DNA from: Sulfurovaceae bacterium | GTDB lineage: Bacteria; Campylobacterota; Campylobacteria; Campylobacterales; Sulfurovaceae | Reading direction: 5' to 3' | Assembly: GCA_028714675.1 (NCBI GenBank) | Contig: JAQTLV010000005.1 | Location: 3,475 to 67,474, forward strand | DNA length: 64,000 nucleotides | Shown here: in pieces, positions 43,812 through 55,393 of the stretch | Layout of the letters: each line of letters begins with the position of its first letter | How positions within the stretch are numbered: the first letter of the stretch is position 1 | Position numbers and translations under genes: made by a program | Notes under the pieces: generated by a model | Database searches by the model: none | What the model saw: only the letters and a program-made list of their open reading frames with translations | Told to the model about the DNA's origin: nothing

Positions 43812-44536
43812 TGATAAGTTTATTGATATTTATTTTTGGTATTGCGATAGGTTCTTTTTTAAATGTGGTGATATACAGGATTCCGTTGGAGCAAAATATT
43901 GTATTTCCTGCATCGCATTGTCCAAAGTGTAAAACACCTCTAAAGTGGTGGCACAATATACCAATATTTTCATGGATATTTTTAAGAGGAAAATGTGCAT
44001 TTTGCCAAACAAAAATATCGGCTAGATATCCTTTGATTGAAATTATTACTGGTTTATTATTTGTATGTTTATACTATAAAATTGGACTTACATGGTATCT
44101 CCCATTTGTATTTTTATCTTTTGCTTCCTTGCTCGCTCTTAGCATGATAGATTTTGACTACATGGCAGTTCCTGATAGTGTAAATCTTGCGGCACTATTT
44201 TTTGCTATCATCAATCCTACTTTTTTAAACTCTATTATCAACGGTGTAATAGCAGCACTTGGGCTATTTGCAATATCTTGGATTAGCTCCAAAATAGCCA
44301 AAAAAGAGACAATGGGAGAAGCTGATATCATAGTGGCAGCAACTATGGGCGCATTACTTGGTTTTCCGCTATTTTTTATAGCTATATTTTTATCTGCAAT
44401 TTTAGCAATGATACCATCACTCATATATAGAGATAAAGGTGTGCCATTCGTTCCATTCTTGGCACTTGCCACTTTTATAGTATATATATTTGATGCTACA
44501 GCTTATAAAATAATAGAAATGATTATGCATGGTTAG
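43811..44536 (+). CDS. A24-family prepilin peptidase
   Basis: 241-aa membrane ORF with a CPKC...CAFC zinc-binding segment and two Asp-containing motifs (MIDFDY.., GEADI). Confidence 0.88.
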   Translation: MISLLIFIFGIAIGSFLNVVIYRIPLEQNIVFPASHCPKCKTPLKWWHNIPIFSWIFLRGKCAFCQTKISARYPLIEIITGLLFVCLYYKIGLTWYLPFVFLSFASLLALSMIDFDYMAVPDSVNLAALFFAIINPTFLNSIINGVIAALGLFAISWISSKIAKKETMGEADIIVAATMGALLGFPLFFIAIFLSAILAMIPSLIYRDKGVPFVPFLALATFIVYIFDATAYKIIEMIMHG

Positions 44537-45551
44537 AATAAAAGATTACCTATCATCAAACTTTAGTAGAACATTTTTTATGATATTTTTGCCATTTTTT
44601 GCAATTATTTCTCTAGTTTATTTTATAAGAATTTCTATGCTTACAAATCAAATTCAACTAGATTTTTTTGATGTACTAAAATTATACGCTTACTTTTTGC
44701 CCTCTATTATTTTTTATACTTTGCCGGTTTCATTTGTTGCAACTATATCATTAACTCTCGTTAGACTATCAAATGATAATGAGTTAGGTGCTTTATATTC
44801 TTTTGGGGTAAGCTCATCTAGCATTGTAAAAAAATATTTTACTCTATCAATTCTTTTTTCTATGCTCTTATTTGCTATCTCTTTTTTTGCGATGCCTGTA
44901 TCAAAACAGTTATATAATTCATTTAAAATCACAAAGCTATCAGAAGCAAAACTAAATGTAGATCCAAACTCTTTAGGGCAAAAATTTGATGATTATTATC
45001 TATTTATAAATTCACAAGATGCAACACAATATCATGATATTGTTATATATAATCCAAATGCAAAAAAAGGTGAGCAGATTTTTTTAGCAAAAAATGGAAA
45101 AATAGTTAACAATCCACAATCACAAGGTTACTTTATGCTTGAAGATGGCTTTGCATATACTTATGATAAAGAAAAACTTAGACAAGCTAAATTTAAACAA
45201 CTAATCGCTTATGATACCAGCAATAAAGGTGAGATAAGTTTTCAAACAATAAGTGAATATTGGAGCGATACCCTAAAAGATAAAAAAGAAAAAAGCAGAA
45301 TATTTTTCTTTATATTTATAAGTCTTATGCCTATAATAACACTATATACAATTGCATCATTTAGTATGATTCATTCTAGATACCAATCAAATAATTCTTA
45401 TACCGTTATATTTGCAGTAAGTTTAGGCTCTTATATATATGCATCTTTCCTAGAAAAATATGGTAATACTTTTTGGCTTATTCTTGGAATACTAACTGTT
45501 GTTATATTTGGGAAAATGACTTTTAAACGTAGGGTTGAGAAAGTTTTCTAA
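44529..45551 (+). CDS. LptF/LptG (YjgP/YjgQ) family permease
   Basis: 340-aa ORF whose topology (3 TM, large loop, 3 TM) and size match LPS export permeases. Confidence 0.7.
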   Translation: MVRIKDYLSSNFSRTFFMIFLPFFAIISLVYFIRISMLTNQIQLDFFDVLKLYAYFLPSIIFYTLPVSFVATISLTLVRLSNDNELGALYSFGVSSSSIVKKYFTLSILFSMLLFAISFFAMPVSKQLYNSFKITKLSEAKLNVDPNSLGQKFDDYYLFINSQDATQYHDIVIYNPNAKKGEQIFLAKNGKIVNNPQSQGYFMLEDGFAYTYDKEKLRQAKFKQLIAYDTSNKGEISFQTISEYWSDTLKDKKEKSRIFFFIFISLMPIITLYTIASFSMIHSRYQSNNSYTVIFAVSLGSYIYASFLEKYGNTFWLILGILTVVIFGKMTFKRRVEKVF

Positions 45552-46273
45552 TGCGAGTTTGTATGATTTTTGGCTACGATGGCTCACATTTTTTTGGATT
45601 CCAAAGCCAAAAAACTAAACATAATACAGTAATTGATAGCTTGAAATATGCACTTAAGAATTTGGGCATAGATTCAAATATTATAGGAGCAGGAAGAACA
45701 GATAAAGGTGTACATGCTACAAATCAAGTGGTATCTTTTGACTTGCCACCTTTTTGGAATGATCTGATAAAATTAAAAAATGAGTTAAATCAAAAACTCC
45801 AATATATAAAAATAAAAAAAATTATTCCAACAAATGATAACTTTCATGCTAGATTTGATGCCAAAAAAAGAGAGTATCTCTATATATACAAAACTAAACA
45901 ATTAAATGTTTTTGAACAAAATTATATTGGATATTATAATGAATTTGATACACAAAAACTAAAATCTGCTTTAGGGATATTTGAAGGAAAACATGATTTT
46001 AAGCTATTTTGCAAAACTGATTTAAGTCAAACTAATACTATTTGTACGATATATAAAAATAGATATAAAAAATACAAAAATTACCACATTATAAAAATAT
46101 CAGCAAATAGATTTCTTCGTTCTCAAGTTAGAATGATTGTTGAAGCGTCTATGAAATATGCAATGAATCAAATATCCATAGAAATGCTAACTGAACAATT
46201 GGAAGGGCAAAAAAAACACTCATCTTCTTTGGCACCTGCAGCAGGTCTTTATCTCTCAAAAGTTTATTATTAA
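45551..46273 (+). CDS. truA: tRNA pseudouridine(38-40) synthase
   Basis: 240-aa ORF with YDGSHFFGFQ and the catalytic GAGRTDKGVHA motif. Confidence 0.93.
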   Translation: MRVCMIFGYDGSHFFGFQSQKTKHNTVIDSLKYALKNLGIDSNIIGAGRTDKGVHATNQVVSFDLPPFWNDLIKLKNELNQKLQYIKIKKIIPTNDNFHARFDAKKREYLYIYKTKQLNVFEQNYIGYYNEFDTQKLKSALGIFEGKHDFKLFCKTDLSQTNTICTIYKNRYKKYKNYHIIKISANRFLRSQVRMIVEASMKYAMNQISIEMLTEQLEGQKKHSSSLAPAAGLYLSKVYY

Positions 46274-46935
46274 ATATCTTTTTTTGCTAAAGGCATTGGT
46301 GCAACAGTCGCATTTATATCTTTTAGTGATTTTGGTGCTGTCGTATTTATATCAACCGTTGCATTGTTTTCTTTAACTTTTAGTGCATTATAAGAGCTGT
46401 TTAAATCATCATACTTCATCTGTAGATCAAAAAGCTTATCTTCTAATATTTTTGCTTTTTGTACATTAACTCCATATGTATTCACAAGCTCACCACCATC
46501 TTTACCTTGCTTAAGAGTAGCAGCAATAAGTAAGGCTAAAATTGCAATATAAAGAATTTTGTAATATACTTTATTGGTTATTAAACTCAAAATCTTAAAT
46601 AAGGCAACGATAGTAAACCCAAAAAGTATTATATATGTCCCCAAAATCTTATGCGACTTCAGAGCTTCTTGCCCTTTGCTATCCAACAATTCAAATGCTT
46701 CTTTGCCATCAGTCAATCCAGATATATAAACTCCAATCAAAATAAATAGAAATATCCAAAAAAGTCCAAATGTTACAATATCAACGATTCTTCTTTTTGG
46801 AAATAGATTAAATATCTCTATGAGTAAAATAATAATTGGTAAACTTACTGCAAAATGCACAATTGCTGGGTGAATATGAAAAGGCATCGATGTAATGTTT
46901 TCTAAAAATGTTAAATTTATTTCAGGCAATCCCAT
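46270..46935 (-). CDS. hypothetical membrane protein (possibly DUF2231-like) with C-terminal coiled segment
   Basis: 221-aa ORF with HPAIVHFAVSLPI at the first TM segment, four TM segments, and a hydrophilic tail. Confidence 0.5.
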   Translation of the reverse strand: MGLPEINLTFLENITSMPFHIHPAIVHFAVSLPIIILLIEIFNLFPKRRIVDIVTFGLFWIFLFILIGVYISGLTDGKEAFELLDSKGQEALKSHKILGTYIILFGFTIVALFKILSLITNKVYYKILYIAILALLIAATLKQGKDGGELVNTYGVNVQKAKILEDKLFDLQMKYDDLNSSYNALKVKENNATVDINTTAPKSLKDINATVAPMPLAKKDI

Positions 46936-46989
46936 AGCATATCCTTTATTTTTTATTTCATTGTAGCATAAAATAAATGATAATTTATA

Positions 46990-47421
46990 CTAAAATGGTT
47001 TAACTACAACCAGGATAACAATAACCATACTTAAAAGCGTTGGAACTTCATTATAAAATCTAAAAAACTTTCCGCTTTTGAAATTTGCATCACTTGCTAA
47101 AGCAATTCTGAAATAATCAAGTGAAAAACTATAAGCTAAAAGTAAAATTACAAATACTATTTTCACATAAAACCAACTACCTTGAAAAACACTTTGATTC
47201 ATTAGAGCAAGTCCTAATCCACTTCCAATAGTAGCCCATAATGCAGGCAAACCTATGTATTTGTACAATTTATACTCTTGTATTTTTATAACTTCTAAAA
47301 ACCCTTCATTGTCACTATGCTCTCTATGATAAACAAACAATCTAGGTAAGTAAAAAAGCATAGCCATCCAACTAAGAAAGCTAAGCACATGAAAAGAAAG
47401 TACCCAAGTATAATAAGCCAT
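46990..47421 (-). CDS. hemJ: protoporphyrinogen IX oxidase HemJ
   Basis: 143-aa ORF. FHVLSFLSWMAMLFYLPRLFVYH matches the HemJ (UPF0093) signature. Confidence 0.85.
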   Translation of the reverse strand: MAYYTWVLSFHVLSFLSWMAMLFYLPRLFVYHREHSDNEGFLEVIKIQEYKLYKYIGLPALWATIGSGLGLALMNQSVFQGSWFYVKIVFVILLLAYSFSLDYFRIALASDANFKSGKFFRFYNEVPTLLSMVIVILVVVKPF

Positions 47422-47423
47422 TT

Positions 47424-48983
47424 TTACTCCATAATCTCAATATCATTTTTGTCATATATGACAATTTCAACTCCTTTATAGTACCCCAAATGTCCATAAA
47501 GTATCTTTACTTTTGAGTCCTCTTCTATCACAAAATTTTTAATTTTAAAGAAAATTGGTAATGATTTACCACTAGCAAAGTATATTTTATGATTTTTATA
47601 TACACCAACTACATCTTTTAAAATCTCATTTTGATTTATTGGAAAATTTAAACTTTTACTATTTTTATAAAAAGGTGTTATATTTACTATACATTTTAAT
47701 TTACTAGGTGTAATACTTGTTATCTCTTTTAAGCCTTTATAGTTTTTTATCTCGTGAACAGCAATATCATACTTGCCCCCAACCTTTAAGCCATTTTGAC
47801 ATTTATATAATACTATCCCTTTGCCATTTGGTGTTTGTTTTATTAAAGCAATATTTTTTCTAGCCCATACTACAGTTACATTTTCGAGTAATATATCATT
47901 TGTGATACTATCTACCTCGTATAAATAATCTATTGGTTTTTTTACTATAGAAAATGGTATAGCTTTTTTTGTAAGATTAAATGGCTTGGTTGTAAAAAAA
48001 GCTTTTATGGGCAAATGATCTGAGTACCCAACACCTGTATGATTGCCATTTGTGGCCTTCCAGCGATTTATCGTGCCATTTTTATTCATCAGATATTTTG
48101 GAGCAAAAACACCAAAAGAGCTGTCTTTGTATTCTATATCATGTCCATTAAATAAACTAGGAGGAATAATTATATGATCTATGGCACTTTTTTGATTTCT
48201 AAAGCCATGACTCCATCTTTTATTTGGGGGTAATTCGTTCCATAAGTTATAATGAAATCCTTTGGGGAGACTTGCAATCTCATTTTTGGTTATAGGTTTT
48301 GAATTTTTATATGTATGTATAATATCTCCTATGGCAGTGATGCCATTTGTGTCATTTAATGCACCCTCCAATGAATTTGGTGCATCATATTTGCTATTTA
48401 AATCGCCTAAGATAACATATTCGCTATTTTGATTTAACTCAAAAATTCTTTTTGCCAAAACTTTTGCAGATTTTATTCTGAAGCTCTCTTTCCCACCACT
48501 TGATTTTGATTTCCAGTGATTAACAAAAATTATAAATGGATGAGAATCAATATCCACACTAACCTCTAAAATATTTCTAACTTTTGGGCTAGAAGAAATA
48601 ACAAGCTCTCTTTGTAAAATAATAGGATATTTAGATAATAATGCAACTTGAATAGGAGAAAAAGGTTTTTTTGTTATAGCACTATACTTGTATTCACACC
48701 CCACAACACGAAGCAATTTTTGAAGTTCATCAAATACATATTTGTTTTCAATCTCTTGAAGACCTATAATATCGCTGTTGGCATCACATATAACTTCTGC
48801 TGTATGATATAACTTTGTTTTTGCTGTCTTTTCATTCCAATTATGTTTTCCAGGTATATAATCATCATATTCACTACTTTGATATTTTGCATCAAAAAGA
48901 TTCTGTACATTATAAGAAGCAACACTAAATTCATTAGAAAATAAAATGGATGAAAAAAGAAATAAGAAAAAAAGAAATCGCAA
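47424..48983 (-). CDS. secreted endonuclease/exonuclease/phosphatase (EEP) family nuclease
   Basis: 519-aa ORF with a signal peptide, the EEP motifs ASYNVQNLF, GLQEIEN, GDLNS and SDHLPI, and an extra C-terminal ~190-aa domain. Confidence 0.82.
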   Translation of the reverse strand: MRFLFFLFLFSSILFSNEFSVASYNVQNLFDAKYQSSEYDDYIPGKHNWNEKTAKTKLYHTAEVICDANSDIIGLQEIENKYVFDELQKLLRVVGCEYKYSAITKKPFSPIQVALLSKYPIILQRELVISSSPKVRNILEVSVDIDSHPFIIFVNHWKSKSSGGKESFRIKSAKVLAKRIFELNQNSEYVILGDLNSKYDAPNSLEGALNDTNGITAIGDIIHTYKNSKPITKNEIASLPKGFHYNLWNELPPNKRWSHGFRNQKSAIDHIIIPPSLFNGHDIEYKDSSFGVFAPKYLMNKNGTINRWKATNGNHTGVGYSDHLPIKAFFTTKPFNLTKKAIPFSIVKKPIDYLYEVDSITNDILLENVTVVWARKNIALIKQTPNGKGIVLYKCQNGLKVGGKYDIAVHEIKNYKGLKEITSITPSKLKCIVNITPFYKNSKSLNFPINQNEILKDVVGVYKNHKIYFASGKSLPIFFKIKNFVIEEDSKVKILYGHLGYYKGVEIVIYDKNDIEIME

Positions 48984-49043
48984 ATAATATCCTAATAAAA
49001 AACTAAAATATTATACAAAAAAATAAAGTCAAATTACAATATA

Positions 49044-49622
49044 TTACTTAAAATTTTGCGACACAAATTCCCAATTTATAACAGCCCAAAAACATTCTAA
49101 ATATTTTGCTCTTGCATTTTGATAGTCAAGATAATACGCATGTTCCCAAACATCACAAACCATTAAAGGCTTTAGTTTGTGAAGTATCGGGGTATCTGCA
49201 TTTGAGGTGTTTATTATTGCTAAACTTCCATCATCTTTTTTAACTAGCCAAGTCCAGCCTGAACCAAAAAGAGAAGTAGCGGATGCTATAAATTCTTTTT
49301 TAAAGTTATCTATAGATTCAAACTCTTTTTCTATATTGTTTTTTAAACTATCACTAATCTTTGTTTCGTTTGGAGTTAAGCAGTTCCAGTAAAAAGTATG
49401 ATTATAAACTTGTGCAGCATTGTTGAAAAGTCCGCCTTTGGCATTCATTATAATTTCTTCTAAACTTTTATCCTCGAACTCTGTATCTTTTTTTAGATTG
49501 TTAACATTGTTCACATATGTGGCATGATGTTTGTCATGATGAAAAGTTAAAGTTTGTGTTGATATGAAAGGCTCTAGTGAATCATAATCGAATGGCAAAG
49601 GCGGTAAAATTATTGTTGACAT
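49044..49622 (-). CDS. sodB: Fe/Mn superoxide dismutase
   Basis: LPPLPFDYDSLEP...HHDKHH...DVWEHAYYLDYQN. The ATG at 49622 is preceded by GGAGGA, so the upstream extension in the ORF track is unlikely. Confidence 0.95.
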   Translation of the reverse strand: MSTIILPPLPFDYDSLEPFISTQTLTFHHDKHHATYVNNVNNLKKDTEFEDKSLEEIIMNAKGGLFNNAAQVYNHTFYWNCLTPNETKISDSLKNNIEKEFESIDNFKKEFIASATSLFGSGWTWLVKKDDGSLAIINTSNADTPILHKLKPLMVCDVWEHAYYLDYQNARAKYLECFWAVINWEFVSQNFK

Positions 49623-49691
49623 TTTTCTATCCTCCATATTGATATCTAGACTATTGTAGCACAAATTTTTAACTTATTTATAAAAAAATTT

Positions 49692-50531
49692 CTAAATTAA
49701 TGTTATCTTATTTTCGTGCAAAGTTATAATTTTATTTTCTATAAGTTTTGTTAATGTTTTTTTGAAATTCTTTTTGCTCATGCCAAATATTTGGTATATT
49801 TTATCACTATCACTTTTATATGTACACTCTATTTCACTATTGTTTTGTTTTAAAACATCAACTACTTTTTGAGACATTTCATCATCATCCATTTTAGAAC
49901 TTTTAAGCAAACAATCCAATTTGCCATCATCTCTTATATTTTTAATAACTCCATATTTTGAATCTCCAACTTGTAATAACTCAAACACTTCATTATCAAA
50001 CAGCATTCCCTCAAAAAGATTATTAACTACAACTTTAAATCCAAGTGGTGTTTTTGCAATAACAAGCATATTTACCTCTTGACATAAAAATAATCCATTC
50101 GTATTATTTGATAACCACTTGCCTATCTTTTGAGTTCCATAGAGTCTGCCTGTTTGCTCATCAATACAAATCCTCAATATAAACCAATCATCTATATGGA
50201 AATAATCTTTTTGCTCTTTTAGGGGCACAAATAAATCTTTTGGTAAATCCCAATCCACAAATGCGCCATATTGTTTATAACTAACCACTCTAAAGTATCC
50301 GAATTCACCAAGCATTGCTTTTGGTTTTTGTGTAGTTGCGACTATTCTATCTTCAGAATCGGTATACAAAAAAACATCTACTAACTCTCCAACCCCCATA
50401 GTATCTCTATCAATATAAGCATTTGGTAGCAATACTTCACTTTCGTCTTTTGCCCTTAAGTAAGCTCCATTATCTGTAAATCTTGAAACTTCAAGTATAT
50501 TTGGTTTTCCTATTTGAAGTGTTTTATTCAT
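49692..50531 (-). CDS. S1-like RNA-binding domain protein (CvfB/YitL family)
   Basis: 279-aa ORF with repeated S1-like modules and a C-terminal winged-helix-like tail. Confidence 0.65.
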   Translation of the reverse strand: MNKTLQIGKPNILEVSRFTDNGAYLRAKDESEVLLPNAYIDRDTMGVGELVDVFLYTDSEDRIVATTQKPKAMLGEFGYFRVVSYKQYGAFVDWDLPKDLFVPLKEQKDYFHIDDWFILRICIDEQTGRLYGTQKIGKWLSNNTNGLFLCQEVNMLVIAKTPLGFKVVVNNLFEGMLFDNEVFELLQVGDSKYGVIKNIRDDGKLDCLLKSSKMDDDEMSQKVVDVLKQNNSEIECTYKSDSDKIYQIFGMSKKNFKKTLTKLIENKIITLHENKITLI

Positions 50532-52324
50532 TTTATACTTTTTAAGTGTTGCATCAAATCATCTGGAGAAATAAATCCTGTTATAGTTTTATCTTTTAGC
50601 AATTGACCATTTTTATCAAAAAATAGAATATTTGGCGTTCCAAAAATATCAAAATGTTTCAACATTTCTTGGTCTTGCTCTGTATTGTCTGTCAAATCAA
50701 CCTGTATAAAAGTATAATTTTTAAATGCCTCTTTTACTTTAGGATTTACGAAAGTAACCACATCTAACTCTTTGCAAGCTGCACATGCCTCTTTTGTAAA
50801 ATCAACAATTACTGGTTTTTTAGAAGCCTTTACTTCATCAAGCAACATATCAACACTATAACCTTTTTTGGCATGAGATAAACATTCTTCTGACTTGCTT
50901 ATTGGCTTATCAGATAATATTTGAGTCAAGCTATTATCATTTGAGCATTCTGGCTTAAGTGGTGTCAATGTTGATGCCCCGCCAGTAGCTGCCCCAATTA
51001 TCCAAACAATAGATAATGATATTGAAACAATAGAAATTAATATGGCAAATAATTTTATAGTAATACTTCGAAACAAATCTCTATTTTTATATATACCATA
51101 AACTGTAAAAAGCGAGAGTGAACTAGAAAGTAACATAGTAACCATTGGTGTTGTTATTCTAGATGCCATCATGATAGCAAGTGCTAGCATAATTATGCCA
51201 AAAAAACGACTAACTAAAGTCATCCATCTGCCTGGTTTAGGCATCCATTTACCAGCCCCTATACCCATAAGCAACAAAGGAACCCCCATGCCTATACTCA
51301 TAACAAAAAGGGCCAGCCCGCCCAATAGTGTATCTCCAGTTTGAGATATAAATAAAATAGCACCTCCCAATGCTGGAGCTACGCATGGTCCGACTATAAG
51401 AGCGGATAAAAATCCCATGATTGCAGTTCCTATAATACCACCTCTACTACTTGCATTATCACTTATTTTTGAGAGTTTATTTTGCCACCTGACAGGAATT
51501 CCTATCTCGTAAAATCCAAAAAGTGACATAGCCAATGCCACAAAAACTACTGAAAATAATATAATAATCCATGGATTTTGCATAGCTGTTTGCATATCTA
51601 CGCCCAATCTACCAGCAACCATACCTGCAATTGCATAGGTAAGAGACATGGAAAGTACATAAATCAATGAAATGAAAAAGGTACGCATGATGCTTGGTTT
51701 CGTACTATAAGACTGCGATACAATAATGGCAGAAAGTATGGGAATCATTGGCAAAATACAAGGAGTAAGTGCTAAAAGTAATCCGACTATAAAAAATAAT
51801 AATAATACAAACCAATAACTCTCGCCACCTATGGCTTTAACAATATCTGCCACATTTGTTGTATGTGCTAAACTTGATAACTTGGATAAAAAACTAGCAT
51901 TTTTACCCTCAAAAGTAAAATTCTTGCTCACTGGAGCATAACAAACTCCAGTTTTTGCACAACCTTCAAAACTTATATTTATTTCATATTCATCTTTGCC
52001 AAAATTTTTTAATAAAGATTTCGGGATATTTAAAAATAATACATTTTCATATATTTTTTGGTTATGAAAGATTGTTGGTTTAGGCAAAACGATATCCAAT
52101 ATTTTCGTTTCTGGTTTGGAAAGACTAATTTTTATAGAATCTTGATATATGTATATATCTTTCCCTAGTGTTATATTTGCTTCTAATCCTGTATCAATTT
52201 TTTTAATATTAACTTTAAATGCTTCTTCTGGTTTTAAAAAAACTTGTTGTTTGGCTTGACCAAAACCTTCAGCCGAAACAAAAGAAATTATAGCTACAAA
52301 TAATAAAATAATTTTTTTTATCAT
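50528..52324 (-). CDS. dsbD: thiol:disulfide interchange protein DsbD
   Basis: 598-aa ORF with a signal peptide, an N-terminal periplasmic domain, a central multi-TM core (LTPCILPMIP, VGPCVAP) and a C-terminal thioredoxin fold (CAACKELD). Confidence 0.9.
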   Translation of the reverse strand: MIKKIILLFVAIISFVSAEGFGQAKQQVFLKPEEAFKVNIKKIDTGLEANITLGKDIYIYQDSIKISLSKPETKILDIVLPKPTIFHNQKIYENVLFLNIPKSLLKNFGKDEYEINISFEGCAKTGVCYAPVSKNFTFEGKNASFLSKLSSLAHTTNVADIVKAIGGESYWFVLLLFFIVGLLLALTPCILPMIPILSAIIVSQSYSTKPSIMRTFFISLIYVLSMSLTYAIAGMVAGRLGVDMQTAMQNPWIIILFSVVFVALAMSLFGFYEIGIPVRWQNKLSKISDNASSRGGIIGTAIMGFLSALIVGPCVAPALGGAILFISQTGDTLLGGLALFVMSIGMGVPLLLMGIGAGKWMPKPGRWMTLVSRFFGIIMLALAIMMASRITTPMVTMLLSSSLSLFTVYGIYKNRDLFRSITIKLFAILISIVSISLSIVWIIGAATGGASTLTPLKPECSNDNSLTQILSDKPISKSEECLSHAKKGYSVDMLLDEVKASKKPVIVDFTKEACAACKELDVVTFVNPKVKEAFKNYTFIQVDLTDNTEQDQEMLKHFDIFGTPNILFFDKNGQLLKDKTITGFISPDDLMQHLKSIK

Positions 52325-52423
52325 AAAATACCTTGCTGTTTAAACATTTTTATTGTATAAAACTTTTGTATTGTAAAATTGTATCCTATATTGACTAATC
52401 AAACATTAATAAAAAGGTTTAAA

Positions 52424-54346
52424 ATGCCAAATCATCTAATAAATGAAACATCTCCATACCTATTGGCTCATGCTAATAATCCAGTAGAGTGGTATCCTTG
52501 GGGAAGTGAATCAATAAATAAAGCGGTGATGGAAAATAAACCTATTTTTGTTTCCATTGGTTACAGTAGCTGTCACTGGTGTCATGTCATGGAAGAAGAA
52601 TCATTTGAAAATAAAGATATTGCAAAAATACTAAATGAAAATTTCATATCGATAAAGGTTGATCGTGAGGAAAGACCAGACATTGATAAATATTTTCAAG
52701 AAGTATATTCACTAATGAATGGAAGAAGTGGAGGATGGCCAACATCTATATTTTTAACTCCGGACTTAAAACCATTTTATAGTGCCACATATATACCCCC
52801 AACTCCAAAATATGGAATAATGGGTTTTAGTGAACTTCTTGATGTGATAACTAAAAGATACAAAGAAAATGAATCTCTATTGAGAGAAAAGGGGAGAGAA
52901 GTTTTAGAATTTTTAAGTCCAAAAAACATAAAAATCGAAGCCACAAAATTAGACTTGAGTATAATAGATAGATACACAACTCAAGCGAAATCATTATATG
53001 ATAAAAACTTTGGAGGCTTTGGGGATAGCCCAAAATTTCCACAAGTTTCTACATATACAACATTGATAGATTTTTATAAATTTAATAATGATAATGATTT
53101 ACTTATACTTATTAAAAACTCTTTAGATTCTATGATAAAAGGTGGATTTTATGATCTTGTTGATGGTGGGTTTTGCAGATATAGTACCGATGAAAAATGG
53201 CTCATACCACATTTTGAAAAGATGACATATGACAATGCACTTCTTTGTGAACTTTATCTAAAAACTTACATTTTAACAGATGATGTTAGATATAAAAAAA
53301 TTGCTCTTGATACTGCTGATTTTATGTTGAAATTTATGGGTGATGGAAAACTTTTTTATAGTGCAAGCGATGCTGATAGCAAGGATGGAGAGGGAGAGTA
53401 TTTTATATATGATTATGACGAAGCGATATTAGCATTTAAAGATGCTGGCATAAAAGATGCCAAAACTTTAGCAAAGCAATTAGATATCACAAAAAATGGA
53501 AATTTTGAAGGAAAGTCTATCGTAAATTGCAAAGAAAAAGATATGCCAAACTACGATATTGCAATCAATGCCTTAAAAGGAATAAGAGAGAGAAAAGAAT
53601 ATCCATTTATAGATAAAAAAATAATTGTTGCGTGGAATGCAATGATGATAAATTCATTATTTTTATTAGGTCAAATTGATGAAATTTACATCAATCAAGC
53701 CAAAGATTCTCTCGCATATTTGATAAAAAAACTCTATATAAACCATACACTTTATCACTCCACTATCGAAGAAAATGAACCAAAAATTGAAGCATTTCTA
53801 GAAGATTATGCTTATTTAGCAAACACTTTACTTGTAGCTTATAATACAACTTATGAAAAAAGTTATATTGATTTTGCGATTATTTTAGCTAATGATGCAA
53901 TCAAAAAATTTTATAGAAATTATGAATGGGAATTTGCAAATGGAGAATTTACAACAAAAGCTGAAATTTATGATACTTCATATCCATCAGCACTTGCAGT
54001 TATGATTGATGTACTTTTAAGACTTGATACATTGAGTGAACTTGATTATAGTGAAATTATATTTAAATCCATCGAACGACATTCACACTCACTTATGAGA
54101 CAACCAATTTCAAGTCCATTAATGAGTTCGGTGGTATCAAAATACCTTAAAAAATATGTGATTCTTAAAACATCAAAAGATAATTTGATAAATTTCAAAA
54201 ATGAAATACTAAAACTCAACTATCCGTATATTATATTGGAAGCAAATAATGATGATAGCTGGTCGGCTTGCGGTAAGGGAGCATGCTTTGCGCATGCTCC
54301 AAATTTCAATGAGATAAAGATGGAACTAGATAAATTAAATAGCTAA
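52424..54346 (+). CDS. thioredoxin-domain (DUF255, YyaL-like) protein
   Basis: [21 protein letters not shown]...[18 protein letters not shown] followed by a six-hairpin-glycosidase-like region. I prefer the ATG at 52424. Confidence 0.88.
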   Translation: MPNHLINETSPYLLAHANNPVEWYPWGSESINKAVMENKPIFVSIGYSSCHWCHVMEEESFENKDIAKILNENFISIKVDREERPDIDKYFQEVYSLMNGRSGGWPTSIFLTPDLKPFYSATYIPPTPKYGIMGFSELLDVITKRYKENESLLREKGREVLEFLSPKNIKIEATKLDLSIIDRYTTQAKSLYDKNFGGFGDSPKFPQVSTYTTLIDFYKFNNDNDLLILIKNSLDSMIKGGFYDLVDGGFCRYSTDEKWLIPHFEKMTYDNALLCELYLKTYILTDDVRYKKIALDTADFMLKFMGDGKLFYSASDADSKDGEGEYFIYDYDEAILAFKDAGIKDAKTLAKQLDITKNGNFEGKSIVNCKEKDMPNYDIAINALKGIRERKEYPFIDKKIIVAWNAMMINSLFLLGQIDEIYINQAKDSLAYLIKKLYINHTLYHSTIEENEPKIEAFLEDYAYLANTLLVAYNTTYEKSYIDFAIILANDAIKKFYRNYEWEFANGEFTTKAEIYDTSYPSALAVMIDVLLRLDTLSELDYSEIIFKSIERHSHSLMRQPISSPLMSSVVSKYLKKYVILKTSKDNLINFKNEILKLNYPYIILEANNDDSWSACGKGACFAHAPNFNEIKMELDKLNS

Positions 54347-54361
54347 AAGAGATATAAATCT

Positions 54362-54661
54362 TTATAGGCTTTTAGCGTTTTTGAACTCCGCTATTTCGCT
54401 CTCCACCATATCATCAATCATTCTAACATAAAGATCATTTATGAGATTTGGTGACAAATCAAGAGAGATAGCTTTAGCCCTAACACTAGAAATTACATCC
54501 CTGATACGATCATCCGCCTTTATCTCTTCTATGCTATTTTTAAAGTGAGCAATTTGCTTAATATATTCGTTTCTTTTGGCTATAAGTTCAACGATTTGCA
54601 TATCAAGCACATCAATTTCATCCCTAGCTTCTTTTAGTGTATTGCACTTTTTAATATTCAT
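54362..54661 (-). CDS. AroQ-class chorismate mutase
   Basis: 99-aa all-helical ORF. LKEARDEIDVLDMQIVELIAKRNEYIKQIAHFK matches the CM_2 pattern. Confidence 0.8.
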   Translation of the reverse strand: MNIKKCNTLKEARDEIDVLDMQIVELIAKRNEYIKQIAHFKNSIEEIKADDRIRDVISSVRAKAISLDLSPNLINDLYVRMIDDMVESEIAEFKNAKSL

Positions 54662-54726
54662 AGAGCTTCCTTGTTTGGTTTATATTTATTATATCATTAT
54701 GAGTTGACAAAATAAATTTGATTTGT

Positions 54727-55347
54727 TTATTTTGCATCTTCTAAATCATCTATTATATTAGAGTCCTCAACAATACTTTTCAATTTATCCATTTCGATAC
54801 CTTGTGCTTCAAAAGTAACTAAAAATCTATCCCCAACAACAAGAGTAACTTTATTTGTAACATTACTTCCATCACTTGATTTCTCTTGTTCTTCAACTCC
54901 TTGAGAGTCGCCTAAAGAAAATGGCTTCATATACCCATTTTCATTTTCACTTTCTCCACCAGCACTTATTCCCATTTTAGTCATACCTATCATCGCAGCA
55001 CCAGCCTCACCTGCTCCATCTAGAATTGATAATGATATTTTTTTACTATCTGCTTTATATTCTGCTTCTGCAGCATGAAAGCCCATTTGACCTATATGAA
55101 AACTTTTTCTTTCAATCCCATCTACGCTTTTTGGCAGCAACTCTTTTAATTTATCATTCGACAAAGGCGTTGCTTTTTTTAAATCTTCGGATGTATATTT
55201 GCTTATTTCTTTAGCTGCCTCTTGCATACTTTCTTTCATATCTTTAACTTCATTAGTTGCTATATTTTCTTCTGAATTAGCATCTTTCTTGTCACATCCT
55301 CCAAACATTAAAACCATAGCCAATATTAATGCGTATCTTTTTTTCAT
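54727..55347 (-). CDS. hypothetical lipoprotein
   Basis: 206-aa ORF with a signal peptide and lipobox (LMFGGC). I recognise no family. Confidence 0.6.
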   Translation of the reverse strand: MKKRYALILAMVLMFGGCDKKDANSEENIATNEVKDMKESMQEAAKEISKYTSEDLKKATPLSNDKLKELLPKSVDGIERKSFHIGQMGFHAAEAEYKADSKKISLSILDGAGEAGAAMIGMTKMGISAGGESENENGYMKPFSLGDSQGVEEQEKSSDGSNVTNKVTLVVGDRFLVTFEAQGIEMDKLKSIVEDSNIIDDLEDAK

Positions 55348-55393
55348 TTCATACTCCTTGTAATTTTAAGAAATTATATCATATTAATAAAAC